Assembly: GCA_049521795.1 (NCBI GenBank)
Contig: JBEKOM010000001.1
Coordinates: 352,001 to 416,000, forward strand
Direction: 5' to 3'
From: Candidatus Bathyarchaeia archaeon
Lineage (GTDB): Archaea > Thermoproteota > Bathyarchaeia > Bathyarchaeales > Bathycorpusculaceae
DNA: 64,000 nucleotides
Shown here: positions 57,469 through 64,000 of the stretch, in pieces
How the letters are laid out: each line of letters begins with the position of its first letter
Position numbering within the stretch: position 1 is the stretch's first letter
Notes under the pieces: model-generated
Told to the model about the DNA's origin: nothing
Seen by the model: the letters and a program-made list of their open reading frames with translations, nothing else
Database searches by the model: none
Position numbers and translations under genes: made by a program

Positions 57469-59004
57469 TCACCGCGTGCTGCTGGGTTTCTTCATCCTAC
57501 TCCCGATCCCATGAAACAGTGTGCGCGCAAGGTTTCTGGTTTCTTTGTCAAGTGCCAGCACCAACCCAAAGTACACGCCCGCGCCGACTATTGTGAGGAC
57601 AAGCGTGGTTGTCCTTCTTTCAGGGTGGGCCGCAAACAGGGCCAAGGCCATGATGGCTGATGACACGGTGAATTTTCCGATGCTTCGCCATGGAATGTTG
57701 ATCCTGACTGCTTTGCTCAGAACCCTGTAGACCACCAGGAGCATCGCGAAGTGTCCTATTGCGTTTATTCCGACTAGGTAGCCTGCTACCAGCAGAGGGT
57801 CGCCTCTTGCTAAGTAGGTCAGGGCGTAGAAGGCTGCTGGCAGAGTTATGGCCGAGTGCACGTATGGAAGGGAGAAGGAGATGAACAATCGGCTTCTCGT
57901 GACCTGCTTGAACGGTATCTCCGATTTTTCGTCCACTTTTTCGATGCCGTAGAGCACAGAGGTGAATAGTGACGAAAACACCGAAATGAGGGCGTCGATC
58001 GCCAATATCGTTAGAACTGGTGCGGCGACTACGTACTCTCCATCCTGTTTCAAGAAGAGAAGATATGAGCCAGGTATGGTTATGACTGCAGCAGTCATGG
58101 GAATCGCAAACATCAGCACCAGTTTCATTGAGCCGGTCGCTATGTCTACCCTGTTCTCTGCCAAGATTTTGGGGTACAAAGCGAAGGCCAAAAAAGTGGT
58201 GTAGATAATCATGTTAGTGATTTGTGTGCTGGCGACATAATAGCTGGTCCCTATTGTGGATTGAGCGAGCAAGATGAAAAGGATCGAAGCAATTCTGTCT
58301 CCTATGATGGTATATACGTTAAACGTCGAGCCCTTTAACCACTCTTTTACGTAGCCAAGCTGAAGTTTTTGTTGAAGTTCCTTCAGTATGGTTTTAAAAT
58401 AGAATCCTGTTTTGATGGCAAATCCTATAACGACGCTGAGCATTACCCCCAAAACACCTAGCTGAAGTTGCAGCACAAAAATGTAAGTGAACACAGCCTG
58501 AGTCACATCTCCAATCAGCGAACCATACCCCACAAAGTGCGGTCTCTCAGCCTGCAAGCAAGCTTCCAGAACAGCGATAAGATAAGCTTCGATCACCTGT
58601 GCCGCTGTTACGACGTACACCACTACATAGCTTTCCAGCCTGAAAGAAGGGACTATGATCGGGAGCATTGCTAGGTAAGCAAGTGTGGCTACTATGGCTA
58701 TGGCGGTGTTTGCGGCGATCCCCGTCTTTGTTGCTCCCGGCTTGTCTCTAGCGACAAAACGCATTGCCCAGAAGGAGATTGCCCCAGAAAGCAGGGTGAA
58801 GTAAGGGACTATGAAGTTGAAGACGCCGTAGACTCCAAGTTCTTTTTGAGACAGATAGTTTGCTATCATAAGAGCAGAGGCAATGCTGACTGCAATGGAA
58901 ATCAGCTTAGTTGCAAAAATTATGGCTCCCGAGTAGTGGGTTCTGATCGGTTCTTTCGGCAAGCAGTCACCTTTGCTGGGTTCAAGGATAGATTGTTCTG
59001 GCAA
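57469..59004 (-). CDS. Polysaccharide flippase-like (MOP superfamily) membrane protein
   Basis: About 13-14 TM segments, next to glycan genes. Confidence 0.75.
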   Translation of the reverse strand: MPEQSILEPSKGDCLPKEPIRTHYSGAIIFATKLISIAVSIASALMIANYLSQKELGVYGVFNFIVPYFTLLSGAISFWAMRFVARDKPGATKTGIAANTAIAIVATLAYLAMLPIIVPSFRLESYVVVYVVTAAQVIEAYLIAVLEACLQAERPHFVGYGSLIGDVTQAVFTYIFVLQLQLGVLGVMLSVVIGFAIKTGFYFKTILKELQQKLQLGYVKEWLKGSTFNVYTIIGDRIASILFILLAQSTIGTSYYVASTQITNMIIYTTFLAFALYPKILAENRVDIATGSMKLVLMFAIPMTAAVITIPGSYLLFLKQDGEYVVAAPVLTILAIDALISVFSSLFTSVLYGIEKVDEKSEIPFKQVTRSRLFISFSLPYVHSAITLPAAFYALTYLARGDPLLVAGYLVGINAIGHFAMLLVVYRVLSKAVRINIPWRSIGKFTVSSAIMALALFAAHPERRTTTLVLTIVGAGVYFGLVLALDKETRNLARTLFHGIGSRMKKPSSTR

Positions 59005-59092
59005 ATTATCTGTTGCGGTTCCAGATTATAAAGGGACGGCTTTCAATTCGGATAAATATGAGAAATTGGTCAGGTGTTGTTAGATGTTTCTG

Positions 59093-59267
59093 ACGGGCGC
59101 GCGGTGGGTGGATGACATCTTGATTTGCCGATGTATCCGAGAGGGCGCCTTTGGTGTGGGCCGCTACTCGTTCCACATAACGACTGCCCAAGTGAAGGGG
59201 CCAATCGTCTCCTTTAATATGGATTGCGCGATGGGCAGGGAATACTTTTTGGTCTCCGCGCGTCTGT
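59093..59267 (+). ncRNA. Candidate structured non-coding RNA
   Basis: 12-bp closing stem, several internal stems with G-U pairs, upstream ATAAATA box, no convincing ORF. Confidence 0.4.
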
Positions 59268-59409
59268 GCGCATGATCCTCATGCGTTTCCAGCGTATCTT
59301 CTTCTGCAAACGTATGCACTCCAAGCCTTGGCCATAAAGGGTTTGCGGGAGATCCGCAATGGATAAAAAGGCTTGGTAATAATGAAAGATACCGATTGGA
59401 CGTGAATAA

Positions 59410-59655
59410 ATGAAAGATAGGTACAGATATTTGGCGATGCTTATAGTTGTAATGTTGCCTATGATAATAGGCTTTGCATATGCCCTTCTTTTTGAACAGA
59501 ATATTGCAGTAAACACTGGCTACGTAAACGATGTACCTACATACGAATATGGCAGACCAGGCGAATATTTAGGCGTATTTCTAGAGATACCATGGCTAAT
59601 CTTTGCAGTGATTGTTCTGTCCCCTATAATAATTGGCAAACTCCCTGAAAAATAG
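59410..59655 (+). CDS. Small 2-TM hypothetical protein
   Basis: Two hydrophobic helices; AT-rich. Confidence 0.5.
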   Translation: MKDRYRYLAMLIVVMLPMIIGFAYALLFEQNIAVNTGYVNDVPTYEYGRPGEYLGVFLEIPWLIFAVIVLSPIIIGKLPEK

Positions 59656-60230
59656 GGTGAAATGCCGAGATAGTTTGAGTGTAACGCGCTGCGAACGTTT
59701 TGACGAAATCAAAGAGAAGACGGAACGCGCGATCTTTCATACGCAATTCTTGCGCCATCAGTTATCCTTCATAAGAACAGTATTTGCCAAAGTGAAACGC
59801 GTGCACATAATCTTGAAAGTTGAAAAGGAGAACGAAAAACATGCAAACTCAAACCAAGTCTGATATAACGCCTAATAGAAGACCGCTTTCCAGACAAGAT
59901 TATGCTATAGCCAGGTGACGAAGCCGGAAATGAAAAAGCTGAGAAAATGGCCTGATGACAGGGGCTTCATAAAGGTTGTTTCTAACGAAAAGAACGGTCA
60001 ACTCTGCCTTTTGAACCGAACAAGAATTGATCGACGCAGCTGAGAATAACGATTGAAGAGAATTAGCACGTGCGCTTTAATTTGCCCTTTTTCTATTCTC
60101 ATTCTGTATTCTTTTATCCTCTTTAATGCGCATGCTTAAACCGTCGTAGAATCTTCAGTCTGATTTAGGCGTTTTCTACCTGAAATAGCCTCAGAAGGGC
60201 GCGCGCTTGAGATTATGCATGGCTAAGGTC

Positions 60231-61718
60231 TTAAGATTCTGGCTTCGGTTTGAAACGGAGTCTAATCTTCATTTTGATTCTGCTAATCCAGTTGTAAATC
60301 GGAATCAACCGGTATTTTATCGAAGCCGGAAGCTCGTCTTCTATCCTCTTGTGTAGTCCTAGCTTAACGGCCGTTTCGCCTGTTCTGGTCAAGGGCACAT
60401 AGTATCTCACCAGTGGGAATCTTGTGAATCCGTTGCTTTGCTTGAATCTGTCAAGTGTTGGGTGGTTCCCCATCCTGGCGTACATGAGCCATTTTTCGCC
60501 CTTACTAGCGCAGACTTCAACCGTCTTCGCTATCAAGACGTTGTTCACCGCGAGGTCACGATGCTTTTGAAGGGCGAGTATCTGAGACAGCATCGTTACG
60601 TTCCTGCCATGAAACAGTCTTATGAACCCCACGAGTTCATCCTGCAAATAAGCACCTATGTAAGTGCAATTTTGCAGTGAAAGAACGTATCTCTTAACGG
60701 CCTGCAAGGATATGCCGTACACTGGGAAGGCTCTTTCCTGCCGTATGGGAGTCTCGTTGTAAATCTTCCAGATGCCTTCTGCCAGCTTATCATCAGGCGC
60801 GACTGCCTGCGCTTTTACTCCGCTCTTCTCTGCCTTTCGAACCATGTTACGTGTCTTCTTGCCTATGTTTTCCCACCATTCATCATAAGTTGTGATTTGG
60901 AGAAGTGCGACGTTGTCGTCTGTCTTAGCCCAAGATTTCGGAACGTTTGAAACTGTGCTGCACCATTTTCTCTCCAAAAAGTTGAATACGTCTGCTCCTC
61001 TCTCCCTCAACTTCTCAAGGAACTTCCCCATCGGAACGATGTCTGTAACGTACTCTCTTGCGTCGTTTGCCATCGTGAAGAAGATCTTCCTGCTGAAGGT
61101 TACCGATTCAAGGTCGCCGTCCACTCTTAAGATTGTCTTGAGCGCTTGATAGAAAGCACTTCTTTGATTGATCGTTCCTCTTTGGAACAGCCATATAGGA
61201 TGAAAGTACAGCACGTATCCTTTCGCAATGTAGTTTCTCGCGATCTCTACAGCTTCCTCCGTGGTGTGGCGATAGCATATTCCGTCAAGACCACGTGTGA
61301 GGAACTGATGGAAAGACTTTAGCCTGAAATTCTTCGGGATCTCTGGTTCTCTGCTTTTCCATCGCTTCCACATGATTCTCGCCAGTAAACGTGCGGTTCC
61401 ATGAATCGTGTAGTAGTTTGCTCTTCTTCCAGTTGCCTTTTCCAAGTTCCCCATTTCTTTGTAAGGGTCATTTACGACGTGAAGCTCAACCGCGTGTTTC
61501 ACGTTGTTCAGCAGAGCGAGCAGTTGCGCGTCTGGGATCGTTTTAGGAGTAAAAAACCAGTGAGCTTCGATGTCCTCGGGTGACTCGTTAATCATTCCTG
61601 CAATTATCTTGGAATTCTTCAGATACTCGGCACTTGTTCTTATGCCGAAGGCGACATAAAGAAAGCTTCTCAGCCTCGATGGAAAGGGGTAATCAACGTC
61701 GATTCTGAGCTTTATCAA
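60231..61718 (-). CDS. Fusion of polysaccharide-deacetylase-like and GNAT/FemAB-like domains
   Basis: LRIDVD...ELH...IHG...YFHP, then KKTRNMVRKAEK...FKQSNGF. Confidence 0.6.
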   Translation of the reverse strand: MIKLRIDVDYPFPSRLRSFLYVAFGIRTSAEYLKNSKIIAGMINESPEDIEAHWFFTPKTIPDAQLLALLNNVKHAVELHVVNDPYKEMGNLEKATGRRANYYTIHGTARLLARIMWKRWKSREPEIPKNFRLKSFHQFLTRGLDGICYRHTTEEAVEIARNYIAKGYVLYFHPIWLFQRGTINQRSAFYQALKTILRVDGDLESVTFSRKIFFTMANDAREYVTDIVPMGKFLEKLRERGADVFNFLERKWCSTVSNVPKSWAKTDDNVALLQITTYDEWWENIGKKTRNMVRKAEKSGVKAQAVAPDDKLAEGIWKIYNETPIRQERAFPVYGISLQAVKRYVLSLQNCTYIGAYLQDELVGFIRLFHGRNVTMLSQILALQKHRDLAVNNVLIAKTVEVCASKGEKWLMYARMGNHPTLDRFKQSNGFTRFPLVRYYVPLTRTGETAVKLGLHKRIEDELPASIKYRLIPIYNWISRIKMKIRLRFKPKPES

Positions 61719-61930
61719 ATCAGGTTCCGTCTGCCTTCCTAATTGAAATCCCCGCTTTTATAAACTCTTTACGGATTCGGACTCCCGTCAAATAGACGTC
61801 GCGATCAAACAAGCCTTGCTATGATTGAGTGAGCAACCTATGAGTACAGACCATAGCAACACCGATAAGTTGAATAATTTGGCGTCGATATTCTGCGGCT
61901 GTTCAGAATCTCAAAACCGAGGACAGCGAT

Positions 61931-63550
61931 ATGGAGCAATTGCAGCCTGAAAAATGGCTGACTGTAGAACGAGAAGTCCTGGAACATAAGATCAATGGGA
62001 AAACGTTCGCTGACCTAACAGCCTACGACGGCATTGCCTTGTGGTGGTTCATAAGGTACAGATTCTTCCATCGCGCCAGAACAAGAAGCCTAATCAGAAC
62101 TCTGACGAGTAACACTTTCGTGTTTTCCGTTGTCGATTTCTTTTACGATATAAGTACTCGGTTCATGTGCCGAATTGTTTCATGGCCTTTCAGGCAAAAA
62201 GCAGTTAGAAATGGAAGGACTGTCTTGATTACAGTTCACGACAGCGACTGGAAGAACATGAGTTCTCCAGCTGGAAAGAAACGAAGAGGAGACGTTTTCT
62301 TTGACTCTATTATCCGTGACCTGCAGAAGAAGGGCTTTAAGATTGTCACAGTAACGCCGCTGAGAGCTGATTTGATGGGCGGCTTGAAAACAATGGTGAG
62401 CAGGATGAAGCATCAGGGGCCAAATCTGATTCACAGAGAGTTCAACAGCTACTGGTCGATGAGGATCTGGAAGATGGAGAGAGATGCGAAAAGAGCCTTC
62501 AAGAAGGCATGGAAGGAAGCTTCTCGAAACGAAGGATTGATTTCGGTTCTTAAGAGAGCTGGTCTAGAAGAAGAGCTGCCCTACTATTTTGACAACATTT
62601 TTGGTTGGGTTTCCAAGAGCCTAGAAATGGCGAAAACACTAGTCGACGAAGAAAAACCTGACTTTGTGCTCGCAAGCAGTGAGCATGGCATAATTCAGAA
62701 GTCCATTGTGGTCGCGGGGAAAATGAGAAGGATCCCGACGATGGCTCTGCAGCACGGAACCATCGGCACTGTGCACAAGGGCTATCTTTCTTGGAAAGGT
62801 AGCATCTCAGAATCTGGAGATGTAAGGTCGCCGTTCTGTCCCATTCCAGACAAAACTGCAGTGTTCGGACCTTATTACGTCGACCTGTTGACAAAAGCAA
62901 GCGCTTACCCGCCTAACAGCATAGTAGCAACTGGGCAACCCCGGTATGATGCCTTGGTCGAAGCAGGCAAGGTTTACGATCATGATGAGTTTTGCGGGAG
63001 ATTAAACCTGAACCCCCAGAAGAAAATTGTGCTCGTGATGACTGAAAACATGCCTATAGCTGACGGCAAAACATTTTTGAGAGTTGCGTTGAAGGCGCTG
63101 AAGGGGTTTTCGGAGCTTCAAATCGTTATCAAACCTCATCCGGCAGAGGAAGGGGAATGGTACGTTGACATCGTGAAAGAAGAAAATGTTAAAGCAACTA
63201 TACTTCCAAAAAACGCTGATACCTACGAAGCCTTGTATGCCTGCGACCTGTTTGTGGGGTCCTACTCCACTGTCATTCTAGAAGGCGTAATCTTGGGGAA
63301 GATAGGTGTTACGGCCTTTCTGTCGAAGGGAAAGGACCCTACGCCTTACTTCGAAGAGGTCACGTTGAGAGTTCACAGAGAAGAGGATTTGGGACTGGAA
63401 ATCAGAAAGGCTTTATATGATGATAAAGTTAGGGAGGAACTAAGGCAATCCGGTGCAAAGTTTGTGTTTGAACACGCGTACAAGATGGATGGAAAAGCGA
63501 CAGAGCGTGTGACTGATTTGATTGACAAGATGATTGGGGACAGGGCATGA
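61931..63550 (+). CDS. GT-B fold surface polysaccharide biosynthesis protein
   Basis: ALQHG, TGQPRYD, IKPHP, YSTVILE and DGKATERV. Confidence 0.75.
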   Translation: MEQLQPEKWLTVEREVLEHKINGKTFADLTAYDGIALWWFIRYRFFHRARTRSLIRTLTSNTFVFSVVDFFYDISTRFMCRIVSWPFRQKAVRNGRTVLITVHDSDWKNMSSPAGKKRRGDVFFDSIIRDLQKKGFKIVTVTPLRADLMGGLKTMVSRMKHQGPNLIHREFNSYWSMRIWKMERDAKRAFKKAWKEASRNEGLISVLKRAGLEEELPYYFDNIFGWVSKSLEMAKTLVDEEKPDFVLASSEHGIIQKSIVVAGKMRRIPTMALQHGTIGTVHKGYLSWKGSISESGDVRSPFCPIPDKTAVFGPYYVDLLTKASAYPPNSIVATGQPRYDALVEAGKVYDHDEFCGRLNLNPQKKIVLVMTENMPIADGKTFLRVALKALKGFSELQIVIKPHPAEEGEWYVDIVKEENVKATILPKNADTYEALYACDLFVGSYSTVILEGVILGKIGVTAFLSKGKDPTPYFEEVTLRVHREEDLGLEIRKALYDDKVREELRQSGAKFVFEHAYKMDGKATERVTDLIDKMIGDRA

Positions 63551-64000
63551 GATTCTTGATTGTTGGATTAGGGTCGATGGGAAAAAGAAGAATCCGCAAC
63601 CTACAGTACCTCAAAGCGGGAGAAATCACAGGTTTTGACACGCTGGAGGCAAGAAGAAAGGAAGCTGAGGAAAAATACGGAATAACAACGTTTGACAATT
63701 TTGACAAGGCCATGAAGGAACAGCATGACGGTCTCATCATATCTACGCCACCCGACCTGCACGTGAAATACGCACTGGAAGCCGCAAAACACAACAAACA
63801 CTTCTTCATGGAAGCAAGCGTTGTCGACGATGGAATGAACGAACTGATCGCGTTGTGCCGAAATAAGAAGATAGTTGCAGCGCCCTCATGCACGATGCGT
63901 TTTCAGTCTTCAATAAAGAAGTTGAAAGAACTTGTGGACAGCAAAATCATAGGCGGCATTTTGCTTTTCACCTATCACTCTGGACAATACCTCCCAGACT
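63547..64000 (+). CDS. Gfo/Idh/MocA oxidoreductase, partial
   Basis: Manual translation MRFLIVGLGSMGKRRIRNL...ISTPPDLH...HFFMEAS; runs off the window. Confidence 0.85.
   Translation, partial: MRFLIVGLGSMGKRRIRNLQYLKAGEITGFDTLEARRKEAEEKYGITTFDNFDKAMKEQHDGLIISTPPDLHVKYALEAAKHNKHFFMEASVVDDGMNELIALCRNKKIVAAPSCTMRFQSSIKKLKELVDSKIIGGILLFTYHSGQYLPD

Noticed and set aside
59633-60230. ORF 59633-59863 and surrounding AT-rich DNA
   Set aside because: No recognisable product; cannot be supported as a gene.
304-63893. Numerous short ORFs antisense to or nested in confident genes
   Set aside because: Shadow ORFs with no motifs, overlapping well-supported CDSs.
1-64000. CRISPR array, cas genes, rRNA, IS transposase
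   Set aside because: No regularly spaced repeats or diagnostic motifs were seen by eye.

Overview
Archaeal chromosomal window, most likely Bathyarchaeia. This is inferred from class I LysRS, AcnX-type mevalonate-phosphate dehydratase, Hel308, UPF0147/UPF0148, a ribophorin-I-like protein, CCA-encoding tRNAs with non-canonical introns and a REC-multiPAS kinase. Most of it is housekeeping: nitrogen assimilation (split glutamate synthase, two asparagine synthetase types, Lrp), tmk, lysS, argS, two deoxyhypusine synthase paralogs, purB, Fe-S assembly genes and the start of a surface-glycan cluster. Three tRNAs were read by eye: Glu-TTC, Arg-GCG with a 36-nt D-loop insert, and Arg-CCG with two BHB introns. 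The most interesting accessory part is a ~3.9 kb island (about 27786-31641) on the 5' side of tRNA-Arg(GCG). It carries a degenerate-looking tyrosine recombinase and a translationally coupled HTH-HTH-HEPN-like operon (candidate undescribed defence/toxin system), with genes bracketed by a recurrent palindrome AGCGCGCGCT that suggests cassette insertion. Other leads are a candidate structured ncRNA at ~59090-59270, a ydjGHI-like SPFH/Zn-ribbon membrane operon, a possible Sec read-through (GC-UGA-VSC) in a TrxR-like gene, and two single-lesion pseudogenes. All family assignments come from motif recognition by eye; no database searches were run.
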